From NCBI GenBank assembly GCA_963727625.1, contig CAVSHR010000007.1, positions 128,001 to 192,000 on the forward strand: a DNA stretch of 64,000 nucleotides. The letters are read 5' to 3'. The notes below the pieces were generated by a model, which worked only from the letters and a program-made list of their open reading frames with translations, was not told the DNA's origin and did no database searches. Position numbers and translations under genes: made by a program. This document shows, piece by piece, positions 38,424-47,753 of this stretch. Each line of letters starts with the position of its first letter. Within the stretch, counting starts at the first letter, position 1. Source of the DNA: an uncultured delta proteobacterium (GTDB lineage: Bacteria; Desulfobacterota; Binatia; UBA9968).

Positions 38424-40136
38424 CTACCGCGGATTGAGATCGCTCAACACGAGATCGATCACCGTCAGTTTGCCCTCCATCTCATGCTTGAGCGCCTGGG
38501 CGACGGCGGTTTTGATTTCGCCCGGGTTGGTGACCCGATAGCCGTAGCCGCCGTGCGCTTTGCCGTAATACTGGTAATCCGGCCTGGGCCCGATCTCGGC
38601 GCCGAAGTGGACGCCGGTTTTCTTCGCCGCGCCGTCGGGAAAATATTTGATCAAGCTCGTCTCCATCGACAGATAGCGGCCGTTGTTGAAAATCACCGGG
38701 TGAATCGGCAGACCGTATTCTTCCGCGACGCCCAGGCAGGACGGCACGGCGTTGTAGTGGAACGCGCCGTCGCCGATCAGCGCGAACACCGGGCGATCGG
38801 GCATGGCCAGCTTCACGCCCAGCGCATAGCTCAAGCCGACACCCAAGCCGCCGGTGATGCGGGCGAAGTAGGATTGGGTCCTGTTGCGCGGGATCATTTC
38901 CTGGATCAGTCCACGATAGACCGTGGTTTCTTCCGAGATCACCGCGTTTTCCGGGATCGCTTCGGCGAGCGCGCGGCAAGCCCAGCGCGGATCTATCGGC
39001 GTCTCGCCGGCGTGTTTTTGCGCCTCGTCTTTGAGTTTGCCGAAATAGCTGTCGTGTTGCTCCCGCGTGCGCGCTAAACGCTCTGTGTAGGCGGCGCGGT
39101 TAGCCGCGATCGGCTCAGAGGCCTTAGCTTTCTTGACCAGCTTCTCGAGCGTCGATGCCGGGGGCGCCACCAGCGCCAGATCGACGTTGTAACCCCAATA
39201 GGGCAGACGCGAGTTGGGAAATTCTTCGGCAATCGAAACGATCTTGGCGTTTTTCGGCGTCTTGCTCGCCGGGTACCACGGCGTCACGGCGTCCACCATG
39301 AGCACCAAATCGGCGCCGTCGACAACTTTCGCATCATGATGCAAATAAAGCGGATGGGTGCGCGGGAAATTCATGAACGCCGGCCGGTAGGTTTCCATCA
39401 CCGGTATTGCAAGTAACTCACAAAGCTCGACGAAGCGCTCCACGGCGCGCGGGTCGCCGCCGACATGCTCGGTCAACGCCACCGGATTTTTCGCCGCGGC
39501 GATCATATTCAACGCTTGATCGATGGCGGCGTCGCTGACTTCTTGAGCGCGCGCGACTTGGTTGGCTTTACCGTGGTCGACGAAATTGACCTCTTCCATC
39601 ATGCATTCGAACGGAATGCCAATGAGCACCGGGCCAGCCGGCGGCTCCACGGCGATACGCGCGGCGCGCTCGATGGTCGACGCCAGAACTTCGGCGGACA
39701 TGACACGATCGGCCCATTTGACGCAGCCGCGCAATAGATCCGGCGAGCCGCCGAGGTCGGTGAGGTCGTGCAGCCATTGGCCGCCGGGATCGGCGACCTT
39801 GGTGTTTTCGCCGTAGGCGGAGATCTCGCCGCTGATGATCACCATCGGCGTGCGCTCCTGCAGCGCGGCGCGCAAAGTCATCGCCGCGTTGAGCGGTCCG
39901 GCGGTGGCGTGGAGCATTACCGCCTGGGGTCGATTGGTGACTTTCGTATAGCCGGCCGCCATGGCGACGGCGACGGCCTCGTGCCGGCAATTGATGTATT
40001 TGGGATTCTTGGCGCCGCGCGCGGCGGCTTCGGCAAGGGCCTCCCAGATCGGCGGCCACTCCGACCCCGGCGAGGATAAAATATAGTCGATGCCGCTCCG
40101 TTCGATGGCTCTTAAAATCGCTTGTCCGCCGTTCAT
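38424..40136 (-). CDS. thiamine pyrophosphate-binding enzyme (ALS / benzoylformate decarboxylase superfamily)
   Basis: SPGSE, CRHE, GDGAFHY...FNNGRY TPP motif. Confidence 0.9.
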   Translation of the reverse strand: MNGGQAILRAIERSGIDYILSSPGSEWPPIWEALAEAAARGAKNPKYINCRHEAVAVAMAAGYTKVTNRPQAVMLHATAGPLNAAMTLRAALQERTPMVIISGEISAYGENTKVADPGGQWLHDLTDLGGSPDLLRGCVKWADRVMSAEVLASTIERAARIAVEPPAGPVLIGIPFECMMEEVNFVDHGKANQVARAQEVSDAAIDQALNMIAAAKNPVALTEHVGGDPRAVERFVELCELLAIPVMETYRPAFMNFPRTHPLYLHHDAKVVDGADLVLMVDAVTPWYPASKTPKNAKIVSIAEEFPNSRLPYWGYNVDLALVAPPASTLEKLVKKAKASEPIAANRAAYTERLARTREQHDSYFGKLKDEAQKHAGETPIDPRWACRALAEAIPENAVISEETTVYRGLIQEMIPRNRTQSYFARITGGLGVGLSYALGVKLAMPDRPVFALIGDGAFHYNAVPSCLGVAEEYGLPIHPVIFNNGRYLSMETSLIKYFPDGAAKKTGVHFGAEIGPRPDYQYYGKAHGGYGYRVTNPGEIKTAVAQALKHEMEGKLTVIDLVLSDLNPR

Positions 40137-40158
40137 GACGATTCTCCTTCAGTTTGAG

Positions 40159-41172
40159 TTAATGCGGAATTCTTTTTTTCATCTCAGCCATGAAGCCGCT
40201 GGCTTCAAGTTTTTCTACGATGCTGCTCGTGATGATTTGCTCTAAATCGGCGTCTTGAACCTTGGGATTGACCCGGGCGAGCAGACGCCGGACCGCTTTC
40301 CAGGCTTCGAGGTTGGGCGCGACATCGAGATTGGGCATCTGCAAGCGGGAGACTTTATAGGAGGCGTCGACATCTTCGTCTTTGCTGAGCCGAAGATGTT
40401 TTCTGAGCACGTCTGAAACGTCGCGCTTGTTCGCGGGATCGAGAATGAACGCGAGCGAATCCACAACCCCCTTGGTCAAGTTGATCATGATGTCGGTGTT
40501 TATCGCAGTCGAGTCTTTGGGAGCACAAAGGCTGGTTAATTGAAAAACCATATTCACCTTGCCGACATCGGCCAAAGAGCGGGCGCCGGCTCGCTTTGCC
40601 ATGTCGGCGTAGCTGTACGGCACCACCATGGCATCGACGTTGCCGGTGACGAGCGCTTGCGTCACGGTGCCGGTGTCGCCGAGCACGCGCATTTTGAAAT
40701 TGTATTTATCCGGATCGATGCCCAGGCCTTCCAGCGCGGCCATGGTCGACAGCCAGAAGCCGCCGCCGATGCTTTGGACGCCAAAGCTTTTGCCGCGGAG
40801 ATCATCCAACGATTCGATGCCCTTGCGCACGATGAGCTCGCGGGGAATGCGGTTGTTGCCGACGACAAAGCAACTAAGTTTCAATCCGCTCACCGATGTG
40901 TTGATCGCGCTGCCGGGCGCCGCCCAAACCAGCGGCACTTGGCCCGAAGCGAGTGTGGCCATCATCACCGGACCGCTGCGGGTTTGCAGCACGCGCGGAT
41001 CGACGCCGTATTTGCGGAAAATGCCTTTCTCGATACCCACCCATAGCGGAATCATTGTTTCATTATGCCCGCCGTACGCGATCAGCAAAGGTCCAGCGCC
41101 ATGAGCCGTCGCGGCGAGCGAAACGGCTGCGACTATGATAGTGGTAAGAAACCAACGCCCTAAAACCTGCAT
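40159..41172 (-). CDS. ABC transporter substrate-binding protein (NMT1/THI5-like)
   Basis: Signal peptide; GIFRKYGVD, DLRGKSFGV, VEKLEASGF. Confidence 0.85.
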   Translation of the reverse strand: MQVLGRWFLTTIIVAAVSLAATAHGAGPLLIAYGGHNETMIPLWVGIEKGIFRKYGVDPRVLQTRSGPVMMATLASGQVPLVWAAPGSAINTSVSGLKLSCFVVGNNRIPRELIVRKGIESLDDLRGKSFGVQSIGGGFWLSTMAALEGLGIDPDKYNFKMRVLGDTGTVTQALVTGNVDAMVVPYSYADMAKRAGARSLADVGKVNMVFQLTSLCAPKDSTAINTDIMINLTKGVVDSLAFILDPANKRDVSDVLRKHLRLSKDEDVDASYKVSRLQMPNLDVAPNLEAWKAVRRLLARVNPKVQDADLEQIITSSIVEKLEASGFMAEMKKRIPH

Positions 41173-41623
41173 GATGTGTGCCCCCTTGTTTGCGGGTTTG
41201 TCCTCGGCTGCTAGTACCATACCTAAATGCATTAGCACAACGCGTGTGGTTTTTTGCGTCATCAATGCTTCACGATGTCCTCTTTGAAGACGCGATTGAC
41301 AACGCCGCCGTGGCAGAGCAATGATGCGATCGCCGAGACTTGTTTCGAGCAATATCGGAGAAATTAGATGTTGCAGCGTTGCACCAAAATTCACCCTGTA
41401 GTTCTACTGCCGGTCGAGACTTCGCCGATGCATGCCGTTCGACGCATGCGCGAGGTTGCGGAGATTAAAGGCAGCGATATTCGATACGATATCGACAGCG
41501 GCGACGGCCGCTTCGATGTCCAGGCAGCAAAATTACCGCGCAAATTATGCCGAGAAGCGCACATTGTACCTAGTGGGAAGTCGGTCAAGAACGGCTACGC
41601 TCTAAACCAAGGAGGGTGCCAAG

Positions 41624-42487
41624 ATGCCTACCTTATATAACCCGAAAAACAAATTCCCTATCGAAGTTTCCGACGTCGAGTTTCGCCGCGCGCCGACGCG
41701 GACGTTGATGGCGCGGCTCTATCGGCCCCAGGGCGACGGGCCGTTTCCAGTGCTGCTGGATTTGCACGGCGGCGCTTGGAACAACCAGGACCGCGGCGCC
41801 AACGCGGCGATGGATCAGAACCTGGCATCGAGTGGAATTCTAGTTGTCGCCGTCGATTTGACCCGCGCGCCGGAGGCGCCCTATCCTGCCTCGGTACAGG
41901 ATGCCAACTACGGCGTGCGCTGGCTCAAGCACAAGGCGCGCGAGTGGAACGGCGACCCGGCGACCCTGGGCGCGCTGGGGAGCTCCAGCGGCGGCCATGT
42001 GGTCGAGCTTTGCGCGATGCGGCCCCATCATCCTTTATACAGCGTCCACAAGCTCGCCGAGGCGCCCGCGCTCGACGCGACGGTCAATTACGTGGCCACC
42101 CGGTCGCCGGTAAGCGATCCCTACGCGCGTTACTTGAACGCGGAAAAATTGGCCAGAGAAGAAATGATGCAGAACAGCAAGAACTATTTTAACCCCTGGG
42201 ATACCATTCATGAGGGAAACCCGCAGGAAATCCTCGACCACGGCGAGAAGGTCACTTTGCCGCCGCTCTTGATCATGCAGGGCGAGCTCGACGATAACGT
42301 GCGGCCGGCGGTGCAGCAGAAATTTGTCGATAGCTACCGCGCCGCCGGCGGCGAATGCCAATATGAGGTCTTTGCCGGCTGCGAACACCTGTGGATTCGC
42401 GAGCCGGGGCCGCAAACGGACCGCGCCTACGAAATCGTCAAAGCGTTTATCTTGAAGCAGTTGAAAGCCAAACGGCTGGCGGCGTAG
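41624..42487 (+). CDS. alpha/beta hydrolase (HSL-like esterase)
   Basis: HGGAW, GSSSGG nucleophile, QGELDD, GCEH; RBS AAGGAGG. Confidence 0.9.
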   Translation: MPTLYNPKNKFPIEVSDVEFRRAPTRTLMARLYRPQGDGPFPVLLDLHGGAWNNQDRGANAAMDQNLASSGILVVAVDLTRAPEAPYPASVQDANYGVRWLKHKAREWNGDPATLGALGSSSGGHVVELCAMRPHHPLYSVHKLAEAPALDATVNYVATRSPVSDPYARYLNAEKLAREEMMQNSKNYFNPWDTIHEGNPQEILDHGEKVTLPPLLIMQGELDDNVRPAVQQKFVDSYRAAGGECQYEVFAGCEHLWIREPGPQTDRAYEIVKAFILKQLKAKRLAA

Positions 42488-42511
42488 GGGCGACCGGCCG
42501 GTCGTCCCTAC
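42484..42511. repeat. GTAG-type REP palindrome
   Basis: GTAGGGGCGACCGGCCGGTCGTCCCTAC between convergent genes. Confidence 0.7.
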
Positions 42512-42515
42512 ACTG

Positions 42516-42962
42516 TTATCTTTTTCCGGCGAACCGCCGGTGATCGACCATCAGTCAACGGTCTTGCACGACTTTGATTCCCGCACGGGCGAAGTTTTCC
42601 GCGGCGCCGTCATTGCGGATGCCGGACTGAAACCAAACCGAATTCGGTTTTTTCTCCAGGATATCGTCGACATGTCGGGCGATATCCGGGGATCGGCGAA
42701 AAACGTCGACCATGTCGATTTCGCCGGGAATATCGATCAATTTGCGATAAACTTTCTGACCGAGAATCACCGTCGCGTCCGGATAGTAGACCGGCACGGG
42801 AATAATTTCGTAGCCGGCCTCTTGCATATAGAGCGGCACGTAAACCGACGGCTGATCGGCCTGCGCTTCGGTCTTGATGCCGAGCACGGCGATGCGCCTG
42901 GTGTGAAGGATCAAATCGCGAATCTGCTCGCTGCTCTGAAGCAGGTTGTCTTGCCAGTTCAT
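42516..42962 (-). CDS. YccU-family CoA-binding protein, putative selenoprotein (UGA at 42555-42557)
   Basis: IAVLG, YVPLYM, DMVDVFR, VWFQSGI, then VVQDR-UGA-LMVDHRRFAGKR-TAA. UGA aligns with the conserved DRC cysteine. Confidence 0.82.
42526..42540 (-). promoter_or_regulatory. bacterial SECIS-like hairpin of the CoA-binding gene
   Basis: mRNA CCGGCG-GUU-CGCCGG; loop G is 21 nt after UGA. Confidence 0.65.
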
Positions 42963-43126
42963 GGCGCCAGTCTAGCAAAAGAATGTGAGATCCCGAACCT
43001 TAAACTTGAGCCTTAGCCTTGACGCCCGGCGCTTTGGCGTATTAATAGCCGAACATTCAGGGCAGTCGGCGTGCATTGCGAACCAAAGCGACGTGGCCGT
43101 TTAACCAGTACAAAGGACAAAGCTCT

Positions 43127-45358
43127 ATGGCTGATTTTAAAGTAGTTGGAACTCCGGTGCCGCGCGGTGAAGGTAGCAAAAAAGTCAGGGGCCAAACGGT
43201 TTATGCCGCCGATGTAAAACTCCCCGGTTTGCTCTGGGCGAAAGTCCTGCGCAGCCCGCATCCCCATGCGCGGATTCGCAGCATCGATATATCCAGGGCG
43301 GGAAAAGTCCCCGGCGTGCGTGCGATCCTGACCGGCGAAGACGTCAAGGGCCGGTTCGTCGGCAAGCAGATCCGCGACATGCCGGTGCTCTGCTGGGACA
43401 AAGTTCGTTTCGTCGGCGACCGGGTCGCGGCGGTGGCGGCGGAAACCGTCGACGCGGCGGAAGAGGCGATCCATTTAATCGACGTCGATTACGAAATACT
43501 GCCGGCGGTTTTCGAACCGCTCGAAGCGACGGCGCCGAGCGCTCCGACGATTCATGAAAACGTCGCCGGCTACGCCGGCGGGCCGGAAAAAATTCTCGCC
43601 GCCGATTTGCATAACGGGCTGACGCGGCTCAAGTGGGAGAAGGGCGACGTGGAAGCCGGATTTCGCGACTCCGATCTGGTCATGGAACATACGTTCTATG
43701 TTCCGGCGCGCCATCAGGGCTATCTCGAACCGCACGCGGCGAGCATCGCCATCGAAACCGACGGGCGGATTCAAGTCTGGGCCTCGGTCAAAAATCCCTT
43801 CAACGTGCGCACCCAATTGGCCAACGGCATCGGGGTTGCCGAAGAGCGCATCCGCATGAATCCGGTGAATGTTGGCGGCGAGTTCGGCGGCAAGGGCGAC
43901 GGCGTCGAGCTGCCGGTGATTTATTTTCTCGCGCAAAAGGCGGGAAGCCCGGTGAAGCTCGTCATGAGCTACGCCGAGGAATTGTCGGCGAGCAATCCCG
44001 CCCATCCGACCGTCATCACGATCAAGAGCGGCGTAATGCGCGACGGGCGCCTGGTCGCGCGCAAGATGCGCGCGGCGCACGCCAGCGGCGGTTATGGCGC
44101 GCTCAAGTCGAATACCTCCTTGGCGACCTGGCACTACGCCGGCGGGCAATACCGGGTCGACAACGCCGACATCGAATATCTGCAAATTTACACCAACACG
44201 GTGCCCGGCGGTTATTACCGCAGCCCGGGCGCAGTGGCCACGGCATTTGCCGTCGACGGCCATACCGATATCCTCGCCAAGGAGCTCGGCATGGACCCGG
44301 CCGAGTTCCGTCTGAAAAATTTCTTGCGGGAAGGGGAGGCGGACGCGGTCGGCCACGAGCTGCACAACGTGCGCTTCCGCGAAGTGCTGCAGGGGGCGCT
44401 CGGCGCGGCCGGTTGGGAGAAAACCAAAAAGCGCAATCGCGGCCGCGGTATCGCGCTGTCCGGCCGGCATATCAGCGGCGGCGACACGGGGGTGATCCTG
44501 CGCGCCGATCCGGACGGCGGGTTTTCAATCATCAGCCCGAGCATCGATCAAGGCTCGGGGACGCACACGATCTTGCGCCAGCTGGTCGCGGACCAGATGA
44601 AAATGCCGATCGATCAGGTGCGCGTGGTCATCGGCGACACCGACAGCGCGCCGCGCGACAGCGGCATGCGCGCAAGCCGGATGACCTACGTGGCGGGCCA
44701 AGCGATGATGCAAGCCTGCGACAAGCTGCGCGAGCGTTTGCTCGACCGGGCGGGGCGGCTGTTGGAATGTTCGGCGGATGAAGTGGATTTCGCCGCCGGT
44801 CGATTTTCCCTGCGCCAGGACCCCGGGCAGCAGGTTTCGTTGCGCCGCGTGGTGGCCCAAGCCGCTGAACCCCTCGAAGCGATGGTTTACGAAGACTATC
44901 CTTACCCTGAAGACATTTCTTACCTTTGCGCCCAGGTGGCCGAGGTCGAAGTGGACCCCGACACCGGCGCCGTGAAGCTCTGTCGCTTCATCAGCGCCCA
45001 CGACGTCGGCACGGTGATCAATCCGGCGATGCACCAGGGTCAGATCGACGGCGCGACGATCATGGGCATCGGCCAGGGCATCATGGAAGAGCTGGTGATC
45101 GACGGCGGCAAAGTAACCAATAACAATTTAGGCGACTACAAGCTGCCCTCGATCAAAGACATTCCCGAGCTGAAAACCGTGCTGGTCAAATCCACCGGCG
45201 GCGTCGGCCCGCTGGATTCCAAACCGATCGGCGAGTTCGCCAACAACGCGCCGCCCGCCGCCATCGCCAACGCCATCGCCGACGCGGTGGGCGTGCGCTT
45301 GTTCGAGCTGCCGGTCAAGGCAGAGCAAATTTATCAGGCGTTGAAGGAGAGGCGCTGA
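43127..45358 (+). CDS. xanthine dehydrogenase family molybdopterin-binding (large) subunit, paralog 2
   Basis: RSPHPHARI, GGEFGGK, YYRSPG, QIDG, KPIGE; paralog of 21818..24076. Confidence 0.92.
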   Translation: MADFKVVGTPVPRGEGSKKVRGQTVYAADVKLPGLLWAKVLRSPHPHARIRSIDISRAGKVPGVRAILTGEDVKGRFVGKQIRDMPVLCWDKVRFVGDRVAAVAAETVDAAEEAIHLIDVDYEILPAVFEPLEATAPSAPTIHENVAGYAGGPEKILAADLHNGLTRLKWEKGDVEAGFRDSDLVMEHTFYVPARHQGYLEPHAASIAIETDGRIQVWASVKNPFNVRTQLANGIGVAEERIRMNPVNVGGEFGGKGDGVELPVIYFLAQKAGSPVKLVMSYAEELSASNPAHPTVITIKSGVMRDGRLVARKMRAAHASGGYGALKSNTSLATWHYAGGQYRVDNADIEYLQIYTNTVPGGYYRSPGAVATAFAVDGHTDILAKELGMDPAEFRLKNFLREGEADAVGHELHNVRFREVLQGALGAAGWEKTKKRNRGRGIALSGRHISGGDTGVILRADPDGGFSIISPSIDQGSGTHTILRQLVADQMKMPIDQVRVVIGDTDSAPRDSGMRASRMTYVAGQAMMQACDKLRERLLDRAGRLLECSADEVDFAAGRFSLRQDPGQQVSLRRVVAQAAEPLEAMVYEDYPYPEDISYLCAQVAEVEVDPDTGAVKLCRFISAHDVGTVINPAMHQGQIDGATIMGIGQGIMEELVIDGGKVTNNNLGDYKLPSIKDIPELKTVLVKSTGGVGPLDSKPIGEFANNAPPAAIANAIADAVGVRLFELPVKAEQIYQALKERR

Positions 45359-45522
45359 AGAAGAATTTTCGAAACCGGGTGATTGACCGCCAAGAGCACA
45401 AAGGGAACATGGAAAAGAATTAGGAATCGGATAGTTTAACTGCAAAAGAAACAGACAGCGCAAAAAGGAAATTGGCATTGAAGGGGACGCGATTTATTGC
45501 GTCCGTTTCGAGAGAGGTTGTG

Positions 45523-46353
45523 ATGTCGCAGACAATTGAAATGACTGCGGTGCAGTCGACGTTGAATTATATCATTCCAGATGGCGAGAAACCGGTGACG
45601 ATGTCTAACCTGCCTGGTGAAGTCAGGGTCACGAGCAATACGGGGAAATACCAGGCGCACGCGGTGACGATCCGCAATGGCCGGTTGGTGACTGGCTTTT
45701 CGTTGGAAAAGCAAGGTTTCATTTTCGTCAAGCATGAAACCAAGGTGAAAGATTTCTACGACGACGCGGAGGTCAAGCGCGTCTATTATCCAGAGATCGA
45801 GCAGCTGGTGCAGCAGGCCACCGGGGCGGCACGTGTGCTCGTTTTCGATCACACGCTACGGGCGGAGAACGACGAGGTGCGCGAAGAGAAATTCGCCAGC
45901 CGGCCGGTGCGTAGCGTGCACAATGATTACACCGAGTGGTCGGGGCCGCAGCGGGTGCGTGATCTATTGCCGAAGGAAGAAGCCGAAGCGCTGATCCGCA
46001 AGCGCTTCAGCGTGGTTCAGGTCTGGCGACCGGTGCGCAATCCAGTCGTCTCGGCGCCGCTGGCAATCGCTGATTCCGCGAGCATCGCCGAGAAGGATCT
46101 GGTCGGCACCGAGAGGCGCTACCCGGACCGCGTCGGAGAAATTTATCATCTGGCTTACAACCCAGAGCATCGCTGGTTTTATTTTCCCTACATGCAGACC
46201 GACGAAGCGATTGTCTTCAAATGCTACGATTCCATGAAAGACGGCCGCGCCCGCTGGTCCGCCCACGCCGCCTTCGACGATCCCAACAGCCCGCCCGACG
46301 CGCCGGCGCGCGAGAGCATCGAGATGCGCACGCTGGCGTTCTTCGACGATTAA
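45523..46353 (+). CDS. CmcJ/NvfI-like oxidoreductase (Fe/2OG-type)
   Basis: YYPEIE, VFDHTLR, VHNDY, QVWRP, PLAIAD, HAAF, RESIEMR. Confidence 0.8.
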   Translation: MSQTIEMTAVQSTLNYIIPDGEKPVTMSNLPGEVRVTSNTGKYQAHAVTIRNGRLVTGFSLEKQGFIFVKHETKVKDFYDDAEVKRVYYPEIEQLVQQATGAARVLVFDHTLRAENDEVREEKFASRPVRSVHNDYTEWSGPQRVRDLLPKEEAEALIRKRFSVVQVWRPVRNPVVSAPLAIADSASIAEKDLVGTERRYPDRVGEIYHLAYNPEHRWFYFPYMQTDEAIVFKCYDSMKDGRARWSAHAAFDDPNSPPDAPARESIEMRTLAFFDD

Positions 46354-46402
46354 CTCGTCAGGCGGCCTGCGGGCCGTTCCTTCCGGGCGTCTAAAATTAG
46401 CA

Positions 46403-47566
46403 TCACGCCGGCCTCAATTCCGGGTCCACCGGATATTGCGACAGAATTTCCGCGCCGTCGGCGGTGACGCGGAGCAGGTGCTCGAGCTTCACCGGATAGT
46501 GATTGACTTCCAGGGCGACGATCATATTTTCCTCCAGAGAGATCATGTACTTTTCCGGATCGCCGCCGCGCAGCCAGGGCGATTCGTAAACGCACAGGCC
46601 GACGCCGTGGTAGCCGTCGAAACCGGGCAAACGCATGCTTGCGCTGGCGCCCTTGCCGAAGCGTCGAAAGGCCTCCGTGCATGGGCCCGGCTTGACAAAC
46701 TTCAGCGCTTCATAGAGCGAGTGATACGCTTCTTTGTAACGCTGCTTGGTCGCCTCGCTGGGTTTGCCGTGGCTGAAGGTGCGGGCGAAGTCGCTGTAAT
46801 AGCCGCCCGGCCCGGCGACGGTGGCGTCGCAGATCACCAGGTCGCCTTCTTTGACGACCAGATCGTCGCCCATCGGCTCGTTATGCGAGCGGGTGTCGGC
46901 GGTCGAAGAATCGTAGATCGATATGAACTCACTGCCGGCTTCAAAGCCCTGATCCATTAAATAATCGAGCATGACCCGGCTGAGCTTTTCTTCCGGCGGA
47001 TCGGAGCGGCGCAATTCCTCGCGCACCAGGTCGTAGCCGCGCTCTTTGGTTTTGGTCGTCCAGCGGATCAACTGCACTTCGTCGACGGTCTTCACCGCGC
47101 GGGCCCGGTTGATCGCCGGCCAGCCGTCGACGAGCTCGAGGCCGGCGTCTTTCAAGCCGTCCACGGCGGCCAAATTCAAAACATCCACGCCGACCTTCTC
47201 GCCGGCGGCGCCGAGCTGTTTGAGGCCTGTGACTGCCTGATTGACGAAATCCTCGGTCGCGACCGGCGGGCGCATGGCGAACATATAGGCGTCGAAGCGC
47301 AGGTTTCGGTATTGGGTCCGGCGCGACAGCTCACGCTGGCAGATCAGCGGCTCGCCTTTGGCGGGCACCAGAACGAAGCGCTGAATTCCCGTGGCGCGCA
47401 ATCCGAGCATCATCACGGTATTGGTGGCGTAGCGAATATTCAAAAAATCGGTGAGCAATAGTGCGCCGAGCCCTTCGCTCTGTATGGCGGCCTGCAATCG
47501 CGCGAGGCGATCTTTGGTGAGCCGCTCCATGTCGACGCCGAAAGGGGTGAGATCTGCGTAGAACAT
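46403..47566 (-). CDS. M24 family (Xaa-Pro peptidase / creatinase-like) protein
   Basis: RAVKTVDE; metal ligands D, D (YSDFART), H (HGVG), E, E. Confidence 0.85.
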   Translation of the reverse strand: MFYADLTPFGVDMERLTKDRLARLQAAIQSEGLGALLLTDFLNIRYATNTVMMLGLRATGIQRFVLVPAKGEPLICQRELSRRTQYRNLRFDAYMFAMRPPVATEDFVNQAVTGLKQLGAAGEKVGVDVLNLAAVDGLKDAGLELVDGWPAINRARAVKTVDEVQLIRWTTKTKERGYDLVREELRRSDPPEEKLSRVMLDYLMDQGFEAGSEFISIYDSSTADTRSHNEPMGDDLVVKEGDLVICDATVAGPGGYYSDFARTFSHGKPSEATKQRYKEAYHSLYEALKFVKPGPCTEAFRRFGKGASASMRLPGFDGYHGVGLCVYESPWLRGGDPEKYMISLEENMIVALEVNHYPVKLEHLLRVTADGAEILSQYPVDPELRPA

Positions 47567-47634
47567 CTAGCCTCCTGATGAATTGAGTTAACATTCGCTA
47601 CTGCCAATCCGGGCGGGTGTCAAGGTTTTCCAAA

Positions 47635-47696
47635 GTTTCTAGTTGCCGGTTTCTTGTTTCCAGTTATCCAGAGACTCGGAACCTGAAACTAGAAAC
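47635..47696. repeat. inverted heptamer-repeat element without cargo gene
   Basis: GTTTCTA-GTTGCCG-GTTTCTT-GTTTCCA facing GAACCT-GAAACTA-GAAAC. Confidence 0.55.
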
Positions 47697-47753
47697 GACT
47701 CGAATCGCCCGCCTTGACTTTTCGCGGGGATCACGTTGGTAATGACTATCATC

